Positions 1 to 9,610 of a stretch of DNA of 64,000 nt are shown here, in pieces; positions within the stretch are counted from its first letter, which is position 1, and every line of letters starts with the position of its first letter. The translations under genes and the position numbers were made by a program. The stretch is taken from contig OZ241326.1 of assembly GCA_965199855.1 (NCBI GenBank), positions 1,024,001 through 1,088,000 of the forward strand. The letters are read 5' to 3'. The stretch comes from a bacterium. GTDB taxonomy: Bacteria; UBA8248. The notes beneath the pieces are model-generated. The model ran no database searches, had not been told where the DNA came from, and saw only the letters and a list, made by a program, of their open reading frames with translations.

Positions 1-166
1 CACCGCGGCTTTTCCCGGGCGTCGCGATGTCGTATTCTTGGACGAAAGCGACTTTTCCGTCTCCCGAGGCTCGCATCTCGCACGCCCGACTGGAGGTTCC
101 CATGGCGGCGAGGGTGATGTTCAGAAAAGTAATGAGATAAAGCGATAAATCGCGTATGAACTTCAA
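1..166 (-). CDS. Possible 5' part of an exported hypothetical protein running off the window edge
   Basis: Open minus frame LKFIRDLSLYLITFLNITLAAMGTSSRACEMRASGDGKVAFVQEYDI resembles a signal peptide plus mature start; start codon uncertain. Confidence 0.3.
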   Translation of the reverse strand, partial: MKFIRDLSLYLITFLNITLAAMGTSSRACEMRASGDGKVAFVQEYDIATPGKSRG

Positions 167-193
167 CCACCAACATAGAGGATATGGGCATCA

Positions 194-603
194 ATGGATA
201 GATTTATGTTTTGATTTTCCTAATGTTTATGGCTTATGCAATGGTAGGGGATTCATCGGCACAAACCATCAGCTCAATCACCTTTGAACAGGTTGAGCGG
301 AATTTTGGCTCTAAATCATCCTTAACGGAGCTACAAAAGGATCAGCATTGGAAGCGCTATAAAGGAGCGTGTGTTAAATGGACAGGAAAGCTTGTACATG
401 TCCAAGAAGGGTGGCTGGGTGGTATTACTTTGGGATTTCAACATCAGCCTGCCACTTTCACTTATGATGTCTTGCTATCGGCTCCAAGCTCCTATAAGGA
501 CATAGCTTTAAGCATGCAGAAGAATAATTATTATGAATATACTGCTACATTGAAGAACTACGGTGGGCCCATTCTTCCAATTACAGCGGACGCGGGCTGT
601 TAA
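194..603 (+). CDS. Exported small OB-fold-like protein (AT-rich), apparent one-base frameshift in signal peptide
   Basis: ORF 211-603 with WKRYKGACVKWTGKLVHV motif. AGAGGA RBS precedes ATG 194; one extra T in the T4 run at 209-212 gives signal peptide MDRFMFLIFLMFMAYAMVGDSSA-Q. Confidence 0.6.
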
Positions 604-618
604 TTGAGCAGATGGCAC

Positions 619-645
619 AGGGGGAACCTTTCAAGCCCCTTTTTT
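619..645 (+). terminator. Probable intrinsic terminator
   Basis: AGGGG...CCCCT stem followed by a T run just after ORF 211-603. Confidence 0.4.
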
Positions 646-719
646 GATGTTCCAAAACGTTGTTCTTTCGGGCTGGGTGCTCACGATGGGCACACTTTCG
701 GAACACGGCGGAGGAGCCC

Positions 720-1748
720 ATGAAAGCGGCGCTGCTCGAGAAGGCGCGGGTGATGAACGTGGGCGAGCGGCCGGACCCGGAACTTCCCGCCGACCACGCG
801 CTGGTGCGGGTGGCGACCTCCGCCATCTGCGGCACGGACGTCTCCATCTGGGCGGGAAAGATGCCCGCCAGGATTCCCCTGATTCCCGGCCACGAGTGCG
901 CGGGCGTGGTGGAGCGCGCGGGCGCGGACGTCACCCGTCTCAAGGTCGGCGACCGCGTGGTGCTGAATCCGCTCTCGAGCTGCGGGACGTGCTTCTACTG
1001 CGCGCGCGGACTGACGAACGTCTGCCTGAACGGAGGTCTCAGGGGCCGCGAGGTTCCCGGCACCTTCGCCGAATACGTCGCCGTGCGGGAGACGGAGGCG
1101 TTCCCCTTCCCGGAGAGCGTGAGCTTCGCCGCGGCGACGAACTTCGTGGGCCTCTACACGGTCGTGTACAGCCAGAGGAAGGCGCCTTACGTCGCGGGCT
1201 CGCGGGTGGTCGTGCTGGGGCAGGGGAGCAGCGGCCTGCTCCACACCCAGCTGGCGAAGGCGTCCGGGGCGGCGCGCGTCATCGCCGTGACCAGAAGCGG
1301 GTGGAAGCTCGAGGCGGCCCGCAGGCTGGGCGCCGACGAAATCATCCCGGCGGGCGAGACCGACCCGGTGGAGGCCGTGCGCGACCTGACGGACGGCCTC
1401 GGCGCCGACGTGGTGATCGAGACGGCCGGCGCCGCCGAGACCATGCTCCAGGCCTACGAGATGGCGCGCCCCGGCGGCGTCATCCTGCAGTTCGGCATCG
1501 GCCCGGCGCGGCTGGACGGCGTTCCGGGCCAAGCCTACTACTTCAAGGACTTGACCGTCATCGGCTCGCGCGCCGGCCTGCCGGAGGACTTCGAGCGCGC
1601 CGTCCGCCTGGTGGCGACCGGCCAGATCGACCTGGAGCCGCTCATCACCCACCGCTTCGCCCTTGACGAGATTCAGAAGGGCTTCGAATTCATCGACGGG
1701 GGCGGAGACGGCGGCACCCTGCGGGCGGTGATCGAGGTCGGGGGATGA
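720..1748 (+). CDS. Zn-dependent medium-chain alcohol/polyol dehydrogenase (MDR)
   Basis: ICGTD, GHECAG and structural Zn CGTCFYCARGLTNVC motifs; GAGGAG RBS before ATG 720. Confidence 0.9.
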   Translation: MKAALLEKARVMNVGERPDPELPADHALVRVATSAICGTDVSIWAGKMPARIPLIPGHECAGVVERAGADVTRLKVGDRVVLNPLSSCGTCFYCARGLTNVCLNGGLRGREVPGTFAEYVAVRETEAFPFPESVSFAAATNFVGLYTVVYSQRKAPYVAGSRVVVLGQGSSGLLHTQLAKASGAARVIAVTRSGWKLEAARRLGADEIIPAGETDPVEAVRDLTDGLGADVVIETAGAAETMLQAYEMARPGGVILQFGIGPARLDGVPGQAYYFKDLTVIGSRAGLPEDFERAVRLVATGQIDLEPLITHRFALDEIQKGFEFIDGGGDGGTLRAVIEVGG

Positions 1749-1793
1749 CGCTCGCGCGAGTCCGCGCCCCGCGCGGAGACGGGGGAGGCGCCC

Positions 1794-2666
1794 ATGCCGC
1801 TTGAACACCCATACGTCCGAATCGCCAGCGTCGCGCCCGAGAAGCTGGACGCGAGGGAGGGCTGGGCGGTCTCCGACTTTCGGGTGATCATCAGCGGGCG
1901 GGAGGGCTGCTCCTCCATCATGTATCACGCCACCCTCCTGCCCGGGGACGTCCACCACAAGCACCGCTACGAGAACTGCGACATGCAGTATTACGTCGTG
2001 AGCGGCCACGGCCTGGCGGGAGCGGGGGCGGACCGCGTCGAGGTGCACGCGGGCCACTTCCATCTCATCCCGAAGGGCGTGGAGCACTGGCTCGTCAACC
2101 TGGGCAGGCACGACCCACTCGTCATCATCGGGTTCTACGACCGGGTTCCTCATCTGAAGGACGCGGGCCGCGTCTATCTGGGCGAGGTGGGCGAGGCCGA
2201 CCTCGCCGCGCCCCGGACGCTCCGGGCGGCGGGGCTGGAGTGCCCCCTCGTCCACAACGACGAAGTGCCCTTCGTCAAGGTGTCGAAGGAGGAGGGTTGG
2301 ACGCAGGATTACTTCAACGAGCCGCTCAACCGCAGCCACGGCGCGGGGACGTGCTGGATGCAGGGCTACTTCGGCCCCGGCACCGTCCACATGAAGCACC
2401 GCCACAACCGCTGCGAGGAAATATGCTACATCCTGAAAGGCCATGGACTGGCCGGCGTGGGGGCGGATCGCGCCGAAGTGTTCGCCGGAGACGTCCACTA
2501 CATCCCCGCCGCCACGGAGCACTGGCTCGCGAACATCAGCGAGACGGAGGATCTCTCCGCCCCCGGCTGGTATATCGGCGTCGGCGGGCTCGACGAGAGC
2601 GGCTTCGAGTATCTGGGGCCGGTGACGGAAGCCGACCTCAAGGAGCGAACCGGGGCGATCGAATAG
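1794..2666 (+). CDS. Bicupin protein (paralog 1)
   Basis: Two cupin repeats: HHKHRYENCDMQYYV..IPKGVEH and HMKHRHNRCEEICYI..IPAATEH; GGAGG RBS. Confidence 0.85.
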   Translation: MPLEHPYVRIASVAPEKLDAREGWAVSDFRVIISGREGCSSIMYHATLLPGDVHHKHRYENCDMQYYVVSGHGLAGAGADRVEVHAGHFHLIPKGVEHWLVNLGRHDPLVIIGFYDRVPHLKDAGRVYLGEVGEADLAAPRTLRAAGLECPLVHNDEVPFVKVSKEEGWTQDYFNEPLNRSHGAGTCWMQGYFGPGTVHMKHRHNRCEEICYILKGHGLAGVGADRAEVFAGDVHYIPAATEHWLANISETEDLSAPGWYIGVGGLDESGFEYLGPVTEADLKERTGAIE

Positions 2667-2815
2667 CCGATTGGCGAGGCGCGCCATGGCCCTCGGCGAA
2701 AGGCGCGGCCGCGGGCGATGAAAGGGAGCGAACTGAAAAAGAGGGGAGCGTCCGGCGGATAAGGCCGCCGCCCGGCGAATCCGCTCTCCGACTCGACTTT
2801 GTTGCGAGAATGAAT

Positions 2816-3673
2816 ATGGCGCTTCAATACCCGCTGGTTCATATCGACGACGCGGCCCCCGAGCGGATGGAGAAGAAGGAGGGCTGGGCGATCTCGGAGT
2901 TCCGCCTGCCCATCACCGGCGCCTGCGGAAGCTCGACGACCGCCTTTCACTCCGTTTTCCGGCCCGGCTCCACGCACGCGAAGCACCTGCACGCCGAGTG
3001 CGAGGAGATCGCCGTTTATCTCAAGGGAAACGGCGTGGTGGGCCAAGGAGATGAGCGCGCCGGGGTGCGGGCGGGCCACTGCCGGCTCATGCCGAGGGGA
3101 TCGACGCACTTCTTCTACAACGAGACGAAGGACGAGGAGGCGGTGGTGGTCGGATTCTATCTCGGCGCCCCGGGCGTGGAGGAGACGGGCTATCGCTTCT
3201 GCGGCGAGGTGACGCGGGAAGACCTCGACATGCCGCGCGGGGGGCTGACCGAGGGCGTCCTCGTCCATCTCGACGACGTTCCGCGCGAGCGCATGAACGA
3301 GGAGGAGGGCTGGTCGATCACCGACTTCCGCCTCCCCCTGAGCCGGCGCAACGGGAGCGCGACGACGCTGTTTCGCGCGAGGTTCTTCCCCGGCGCGGTG
3401 CACAGGAAGCACAGGCACGACAACTGCGAGGAGATCTACTACGTCATCAGCGGCCGCGGGCTGGCGGGGGCGGGGACGGATCGCGTCGAGGTGCGCGGCG
3501 GACACTTCCACTACATCCCCAAGGGGGTGGAGCACTGGCTCCACAACCTGAGCGGGACGGAGCCCATCGAGGCGGTGGGCGTCTATATCGGAAGCGGGAG
3601 CGTGGAGGAGACGGGCTACGTCTATATGGGAGACGTGACGGAAGAAGACTTGCGGGAGCGCACGCCGCTCTAG
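2816..3673 (+). CDS. Bicupin protein (paralog 2)
   Basis: MALQYPLV aligns with MPLEHPYV of the upstream paralog; HAKHLHAECEE and HRKHRHDNCEE cupin motifs. Confidence 0.85.
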   Translation: MALQYPLVHIDDAAPERMEKKEGWAISEFRLPITGACGSSTTAFHSVFRPGSTHAKHLHAECEEIAVYLKGNGVVGQGDERAGVRAGHCRLMPRGSTHFFYNETKDEEAVVVGFYLGAPGVEETGYRFCGEVTREDLDMPRGGLTEGVLVHLDDVPRERMNEEEGWSITDFRLPLSRRNGSATTLFRARFFPGAVHRKHRHDNCEEIYYVISGRGLAGAGTDRVEVRGGHFHYIPKGVEHWLHNLSGTEPIEAVGVYIGSGSVEETGYVYMGDVTEEDLRERTPL

Positions 3674-3825
3674 CGGCTCCGGCGGGGGGTGGGCGAGGCA
3701 CCCGGGAGGCGCGCCCCTCCGCCCTTTTTCCGTTGCCTTTTCGGGGAGCCGTGCTATGCTTGAGAAGCGGGAGGCGCTCCCGATGATGCGGCGATTGTCG
3801 TCATACACCTGATGGAGCCAGTGCC

Positions 3826-4374
3826 ATGCGGATAACCGAGGCGGCGGCGGAGAAAGTCAAGGAAATCATGGAGCAGAACGGCGGCGGCTTCGCCGGAATC
3901 CTCATCAGCTTCGAGGGCGGCTACAAGCTCGACCTGGTGCGGGAGGAGGACGCGGCGCAATACGCCCGGGTGGAGAATCCCCTGCTGGGCGTGTTCGCCC
4001 CGCCCGAGCATCTGCCGAGGGCGGAGGCCGCCCAGATCGAGTTCGTGACCGAGGGCCCCACGAGCGGGTTCAAGGTGACGCGCGAGATGTCGGACGGCGA
4101 CTCTTCCCTCCTGGAGCGGATTCAGGAGATCATCGACACGGAGATCAACCCGGCCGTCGCCTCCCACGGCGGCGTCATCAACCTGCTGGACGTGGAGGAG
4201 AAGCGCGTGTTCGTGCAGATGGGCGGGGGCTGCGCGGGCTGCGGCATGGCGGACGTGACGCTCAAGTCCGGCGTCGAGGCGCGCCTCCAGCAGCTCGACC
4301 CCGAAATTCGGGTGGTGGACACCACCGACCACGCATCCGGCACGAACCCCTATTACGCGCCGACGAGGAAGTAG
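3826..4374 (+). CDS. nfuA: NfuA-type Fe-S cluster carrier
   Basis: N-terminal degenerate A-type domain (ITEAAAEKV); C-terminal NifU domain INPAVASHGG..GGGCAGC..DTTDHASGTNPYY. Confidence 0.85.
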   Translation: MRITEAAAEKVKEIMEQNGGGFAGILISFEGGYKLDLVREEDAAQYARVENPLLGVFAPPEHLPRAEAAQIEFVTEGPTSGFKVTREMSDGDSSLLERIQEIIDTEINPAVASHGGVINLLDVEEKRVFVQMGGGCAGCGMADVTLKSGVEARLQQLDPEIRVVDTTDHASGTNPYYAPTRK

Positions 4375-4406
4375 GGGCGTTTCACTTGCGCGAGCCTCCA
4401 AGTTGA

Positions 4407-5225
4407 ATGGTCAAAAAAAGGGGCATAAGTGACAGTTTGCGAGTTCTCGGTGTCGATTTAGCATCAAGAAGCTGGTCTGATAACGGCTCAGCGGTCCTTA
4501 CGTTCCAAAGTTCACCCCAGCCACAGTGGTTGTCCCTCGAATATGGATGTATTCGTTGGCCAGCCTCTGCCGTGACGGCTACCGCCATGGCCGAGGTCAT
4601 TCATTCTTATGTTACGGAAAAGCGACTCGACGCGGTTAGCCTTGATGGGCCCCAGGGGTGGCGAGAACCAAACGCTGGATCTCGACCAGGGGTTGGCCGA
4701 TGGTGTGAATACCTTTGCAAATGTCAAGGTAAAATGGGTGAATATGGCAAAATATACCCACGCAGCTACGGGACTTGGATACAGTTTTGTCTTGATGTTT
4801 TTGAGACGCTGCTAGAAAAAGGAGACGCCCGGTTGGTTAATGATGCCGATGTGAAAACCTTGGAGCTATTGAACGGACGCGGGTATTGGTTGCTGGAATG
4901 TTTCCCTACATCTATTTGGAAAACCAGCGGATTGAAGCCCTTGCCTGGAAAAAAGAAGCTCGCCGGAAATCCTCATGAAGTTTTCTCTTATGCAAGAGAC
5001 CTGAAACAGTCCTACAACTTGCCGAACCTTGAAGACTGGAAAGGGACGCATGACGATCTGCAAGCAGTTGTGGCTGCGTTGCCAGCCGCCGGTTTGCTAG
5101 GGGGGCCTTGTCGTCCGTTGCCGAAGGGGAAGCCCGGCAGATTCGTGGATATGTATGCGGATATCCCGCGGCATTGGGTCGAAGGTATCATTTGGGATAG
5201 TGAGCCGCTCAATAAAATAGATTGA
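4407..5225 (+). CDS. DUF429-like putative RNase H-fold nuclease (lower GC)
   Basis: VLGVDLA, SLDGPQGW, R.CE, LECFP and HDDLQAVVAAL motifs. Confidence 0.65.
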   Translation: MVKKRGISDSLRVLGVDLASRSWSDNGSAVLTFQSSPQPQWLSLEYGCIRWPASAVTATAMAEVIHSYVTEKRLDAVSLDGPQGWREPNAGSRPGVGRWCEYLCKCQGKMGEYGKIYPRSYGTWIQFCLDVFETLLEKGDARLVNDADVKTLELLNGRGYWLLECFPTSIWKTSGLKPLPGKKKLAGNPHEVFSYARDLKQSYNLPNLEDWKGTHDDLQAVVAALPAAGLLGGPCRPLPKGKPGRFVDMYADIPRHWVEGIIWDSEPLNKID

Positions 5226-5229
5226 TTTT

Positions 5230-5253
5230 GATGGATTCTTTATAGAATCCATC
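5230..5253. terminator. Hairpin between convergent genes
   Basis: Perfect 10-bp stem GATGGATTCT-TTAT-AGAATCCATC. Confidence 0.55.
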
Positions 5254-5276
5254 CGGTTTGTTTATTGTTATTAAAG

Positions 5277-6536
5277 CTATTCATCGGGCCCGAAATCGAA
5301 CGCGAGTTTTCCGTGCGCGGCGCGCAGGGCGGCCTCCGCCTCCTCGGGCCGCCGCCCCTTGGCGAAGATGAAGCCGAGATACCTGTCCCCCTCCGGCAGG
5401 GGCGTCACGCGGCCGCCGACGCGGATGGAGATCTCGATTCTCTCTACGCCGGGGACGGCGAGCGCCTCCGCCTCGCCGCGGACGCCCCTCAAAACGCCCC
5501 CGGCGGGAATGGGAATCATCATCACGCCCGAGGCGGCCTCCTCCCGCTCCAGGGAGGGCGGCGCGACGCCCAGCGCCTGGGACAATATGAGATGCTCGAG
5601 CGCGAGGCCGCCTCCGAATGAGAGGGCGCCCGAGCATTTCCCGCCGATGGATCGGCTCGCGGCGTCGATCACCCATACCTCGCCCGCGTCGTCGATTCGC
5701 AGCTCGGCGTGAAGCGGGCCCTCCCGCAGGCGAATCGCCCGGGCGGCGCGAACCGTCTCTTTGCGGATTTTGGCCTGCGTCTCATCGGGCAGCCGCGAGG
5801 GCGTGACGTAAATCGTTTCCTCAAAGAAGGGCCCCTCGAGCGGATCGGGCTTGTCGAAGATGGCGAGAACGTGAACCTCGCCCCGTATGACGAGTCCCTC
5901 CACCGCCGCCTCGACGCCCGGCAGGTAATCCTCCACCAGAATCATCCGCGCCTCCTCCCCGCCCCGGGCGAGGGTCTCCGGCTCCTCCAGGATGGCGGCG
6001 ACGCGGCGGTAGGCCTGGGCGAACTCCGCCTCGTCGTTCGCGCGAATCACGCCCCGGCTGGCCGAGAGAAACGTGGGCTTGAGCACGCAGGGGTAGCGGA
6101 CGGACGCCGCGATTCTCTCCGGCGCCTCCTGGGCGGAGACGAGACGGAAGGCGGGCGAGGGGAGGCCCTCCTCGGCGAGCGTTTTTCTGAGCTCGTATTT
6201 GCTTCTCGTGGCGCGGGCGGCCTCGACGGGGTGAAAGGGCAGGCCGAGCGACTCCGCCGCCATGGCCCCCAGGATGAGGGCGTCGTCGTCCACCGGCGCG
6301 ATAGCGTGGAGGGGAAACGACTTTGCGAACGATTCGATGAGGGCGGCGCCCGCCTCGGGGCGCGCGTAGTCCAGGGCGAGGGCGGCGCCCGTGTTCAGGT
6401 CGGCGAGAACATCCGGCCTGTCGGTTCCCACCGTAAGGAGCAACCCCATCTCCTCGGCCGCCGTCACGTAGGCGGAGGCGCGGTAGGTCGCCGTCGTCAT
6501 CAGGAGGAGGACGCGCTTCGCTTCCTCAGGCGGCAT
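5277..6536 (-). CDS. ATP-grasp domain protein (ligase of unknown specificity)
   Basis: SKYELR, YPCVLKP..SASRGV, EDYLPG.E, HAELR motifs. Confidence 0.85.
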   Translation of the reverse strand: MPPEEAKRVLLLMTTATYRASAYVTAAEEMGLLLTVGTDRPDVLADLNTGAALALDYARPEAGAALIESFAKSFPLHAIAPVDDDALILGAMAAESLGLPFHPVEAARATRSKYELRKTLAEEGLPSPAFRLVSAQEAPERIAASVRYPCVLKPTFLSASRGVIRANDEAEFAQAYRRVAAILEEPETLARGGEEARMILVEDYLPGVEAAVEGLVIRGEVHVLAIFDKPDPLEGPFFEETIYVTPSRLPDETQAKIRKETVRAARAIRLREGPLHAELRIDDAGEVWVIDAASRSIGGKCSGALSFGGGLALEHLILSQALGVAPPSLEREEAASGVMMIPIPAGGVLRGVRGEAEALAVPGVERIEISIRVGGRVTPLPEGDRYLGFIFAKGRRPEEAEAALRAAHGKLAFDFGPDE

Positions 6537-7305
6537 ACCATCCGCCGTCCACGAGGAGCGACGCGCCGGTGACCAGGCTGCTGGCGCTCGAGGCGAGGAA
6601 TATGGCCGGGCCGACGATCTCCTCCATCCGCCCGAAGCGCCCCATAGGCGTTCTCGCGCAGATGGCGTCGTGGATGAGCGCGTCCTCCTTGAGGGCGGCG
6701 GTGAGCGGCGTTTCGATGAAGGTGGGGCAGATGGCGTTCACCTGGATGTTCTCCTTCGCCCACTCGGAGGCGAACACGCGGGTGAGGCCGATGAGGCCGC
6801 TTTTCGAGGACGTGTAGGGCCCGTAGGTCTGCCCCCGGGGGTTTCGGAAGACCGACCAGCCCATGAGCGAGGCGACGTTGATCACCTTGCCGCCGCCCGC
6901 CTTCTTCATCTCCTCGCCCGCGCGCCGCGTGACGAAGAAGATGCTCTTGAGGTTCAGGTCGAGCACCCTGTCCCAGTCGTCCTCGGTCAGATCGGCGAGC
7001 GTCTTGCGCACGTTCGTGCCCGCGTTGTTCACCAGGATGGTGAGTCCGCCCAGCGCGTCCGCCGCCTCCTCCACCATGCGCTCGGCGTCCTCCGCCTCGG
7101 TCACGTCCGCCTGGATGAGCGCGCACTTGCGGCCCGCCTTCTCGATGGCCGCCTTCGCCTCCCCGGCGGGGGCGAGGTCGATGTCAGCGACGGCGACGTC
7201 CGCGCCGGCGGCGGCGAGACCCTCGGCCAGCGTTCGCCCGATGCCGCGCGCCGCGCCCGTGACGAGCGCCTTGCCCCCGCTCAGATCGAAAAGAGATTGG
7301 CTCAT
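6526..7305 (-). CDS. Short-chain dehydrogenase/reductase (KduD/IdnO-like)
   Basis: TGAARGIG, NNAG, YTSSK, NAICP motifs. Confidence 0.9.
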   Translation of the reverse strand: MSQSLFDLSGGKALVTGAARGIGRTLAEGLAAAGADVAVADIDLAPAGEAKAAIEKAGRKCALIQADVTEAEDAERMVEEAADALGGLTILVNNAGTNVRKTLADLTEDDWDRVLDLNLKSIFFVTRRAGEEMKKAGGGKVINVASLMGWSVFRNPRGQTYGPYTSSKSGLIGLTRVFASEWAKENIQVNAICPTFIETPLTAALKEDALIHDAICARTPMGRFGRMEEIVGPAIFLASSASSLVTGASLLVDGGWYAA

Positions 7306-7490
7306 GCGTGGATTCTCCTTGGCTGGAATACAGGGTCCTCCCGATTCTCTCCGCGCGGGCGTCTTCGGTCAACGGGAGCGGGCGATCTCGCTTGCCTTTC
7401 GGGGCGAGTGTGGTAAGCAGTGGGAAACGCTTCTCTCTTTTTTCGCCTGTCCCGCGCGGGGGCGGTCGCGGCTCGCATGGGCGAGGGTGA

Positions 7491-9143
7491 ATGATGGCGG
7501 AAGCCCGGAAAAACGGCGCGGGAAAAGAGCGTCCCCTCCGCCCGGCGGCCTACAATTCGGGCAAGCCGGTGCCGGTGGTCTATGGGCCGGACGCCCCGGA
7601 CGCGGCCTATCGGGAGAAGCTCGGCGCGCCGGGAGAATACCCCTACACGCGCGGCATCTACCCCACCATGTATCGCGGCTCCCTGTGGGCGATGCGGCAG
7701 TATGCGGGCTTTTCCACTTCGGCGGACACCAACGCGCGCTTCCGCTTTCTGCTCGAAAACGGCCAGACGGGCCTCTCGATGGCCTACGACCTCCCCACCC
7801 AGCTGGGTCTCGACTCCGACGACGAGGCGGCCCGGGACGACGCGGGACGCCTGGGGGTCGCCGTGGACACCGCCGAGGACATGGCCGCCGTCTTCGAGGG
7901 CATTCCGCTGGACCGGGTGAGCGTCTCGCACACCATCAACTCCACCGCCGCCGTCATGGCGGCGTTCTGGCTGCTCGCCGCCGAGGCGCAGGGAGTCGCG
8001 CGGGAGAAGCTGCGCGGAACCTTTCAGAACGACATGCTCAAGGAATACATCGGCAGAGGAACCTGGATATTCCCGCCCCGCCCCTCCATGCGGCTCGTGG
8101 CCGACCTCATCGAATACAACGCGAGGCATTGCCCGCGCGTCAACGCCGTCAGCGTGTCCGCCACCCACATCGCCGAGACGGGCGCCACCCTCGCCCAGGA
8201 CGTGGCCTTTCCCCTCCTGAACGCCCTGGCCTACATCCGCGAGCTCGCCGCGCGCGGCCTCCACGTGGACGACTTCGTCCCCACCATGTCGTTCCATCTC
8301 TCCGTGGGGGGCGGGGTGGGGCCGTTCAACCTCTTCGAGTCGATCGGCAAGCTGCGGGCGGCGCGGCGCATCTGGGCGCGGACGATGAAGGAGAAATACG
8401 GCGCGAAGAATCCAAAGACCATGCAGCTCAGATTCTCGACGGGCAACTGCGGCAGCCGCATGGCGGCGCGCGAGCCGCTGAACAACATCGTGCGCCAGAC
8501 GCTCTTCACCTTGGCCGCCGTGCTGGGAGGCACGCGCTCGGTCAACATGGCCTGCTTCGACGAGGCGTTCGAGATTCCCTCGGAGGAGTCCATCCGCACG
8601 GCGCTGCGCATCCAGCAGGTGATCGCCCACGAGAGCGGCGTGGCCGACACCGTGGATCCCCTGGCGGGCAGCTACGCCCTGGAGTCGGTGACGGATCAGG
8701 TGGAGGAGGAGATTCAGGCCATCGTGGACGACTACGAGTCTCGCGGCGGCATCGTTCCCTTCATCGAGAGCGGCGAGATTCAGAGGCTTCTGGCGCGCCA
8801 GGCCTATGAGCACCAGCGCAGGATAGCGTCCGGCGAGCAGGCGTGGGTGGGCGTCAACAAATTCGCCTCCGGGGAGGACGACCGCATGAGCGAGGGCGAG
8901 GGTCTCCACGAGGCGGACGCTTCCGTCCTGGAGCGGCAGAGGGCGCGGCTGGAGGAGGCGAAGGCCGCCCGCGACCCGGCGGAGGTCGAGGCGCGGCTCG
9001 AAAAGCTGCGGCGGGCGTGCGAATCGGGCGAGAACCTGATGCCCGTCTTGATCGAGGCCGCCCGCGCGCGCCTCACGGTGGGCGAGATGACGGACGTGAT
9101 GCGCGGCGTCTTCGGCGCCTACGCCGAGCCGTCGGTGGTTTGA
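7491..9143 (+). CDS. B12-dependent acyl-CoA mutase, large (substrate-binding) subunit, atypical
   Basis: PGEYPYTRGIYPTMYRG, RQYAGF, GLSMAYDLPTQLG, QNDMLKEY, DEA, VDPLAGSY. Confidence 0.92.
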   Translation: MMAEARKNGAGKERPLRPAAYNSGKPVPVVYGPDAPDAAYREKLGAPGEYPYTRGIYPTMYRGSLWAMRQYAGFSTSADTNARFRFLLENGQTGLSMAYDLPTQLGLDSDDEAARDDAGRLGVAVDTAEDMAAVFEGIPLDRVSVSHTINSTAAVMAAFWLLAAEAQGVAREKLRGTFQNDMLKEYIGRGTWIFPPRPSMRLVADLIEYNARHCPRVNAVSVSATHIAETGATLAQDVAFPLLNALAYIRELAARGLHVDDFVPTMSFHLSVGGGVGPFNLFESIGKLRAARRIWARTMKEKYGAKNPKTMQLRFSTGNCGSRMAAREPLNNIVRQTLFTLAAVLGGTRSVNMACFDEAFEIPSEESIRTALRIQQVIAHESGVADTVDPLAGSYALESVTDQVEEEIQAIVDDYESRGGIVPFIESGEIQRLLARQAYEHQRRIASGEQAWVGVNKFASGEDDRMSEGEGLHEADASVLERQRARLEEAKAARDPAEVEARLEKLRRACESGENLMPVLIEAARARLTVGEMTDVMRGVFGAYAEPSVV

Positions 9144-9173
9144 CGGGGAGCGCGGCGGGGACGGGAGCCTGCG

Positions 9174-9599
9174 ATGAAGAGCGGAAGACGCATCCGCGTG
9201 CTGATGGCGAAGCCGGGCCTGGACGGGCACGACAGGGGGGTGAAGGTCGTCATCCACGCGCTCAGGGACGCCGGCATGGAGGTGATCTACTCGGGCCTCA
9301 GGCAGACGGTGGAGCAGATCGCGGCCGTCGCGGCCCAGGAGAACGTGGACGTGATAGGTCTGAGCGTGCTCTCGGGCTCCTACATGGGAATCGCGCGCAG
9401 GATGGCGGAGCGGATGCGGGAGGCGGGCCTCGAGGACTGCCTTCTCATTTTGGGCGGCAACATTCTGGCGCGCCACGTGGAGGAGCTCAGGGTCCTGGGC
9501 GTGGCCGAGGTTTTCAACCACCACGCGGACATGGCGGAGGTCGTCTCATACATCCGCGAGAACGCGGGCCGCGCCCGGGGGCGCCCCCCCGCCTTTTGA
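9174..9599 (+). CDS. Cobalamin-binding small subunit of acyl-CoA mutase
   Basis: KPGLDGHDRG (DxHxxG), SVLSG and GG motifs. Confidence 0.92.
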   Translation: MKSGRRIRVLMAKPGLDGHDRGVKVVIHALRDAGMEVIYSGLRQTVEQIAAVAAQENVDVIGLSVLSGSYMGIARRMAERMREAGLEDCLLILGGNILARHVEELRVLGVAEVFNHHADMAEVVSYIRENAGRARGRPPAF

Positions 9600-9610
9600 A
9601 GGGGGAGATT

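Noticed and set aside
184-201. TAG readthrough (ATG 184..TAG 199) into ORF 211-603
   Set aside because: The RBS is too close to ATG 184, and a single-T frameshift from ATG 194 gives a better signal peptide
1794-3673. Calling the cupins 3-mercaptopropionate dioxygenase or DMSP lyase
   Set aside because: They are bicupins with His/His/Glu/His-type sites, unlike 3-His thiol dioxygenases; no specific Ddd similarity recognised
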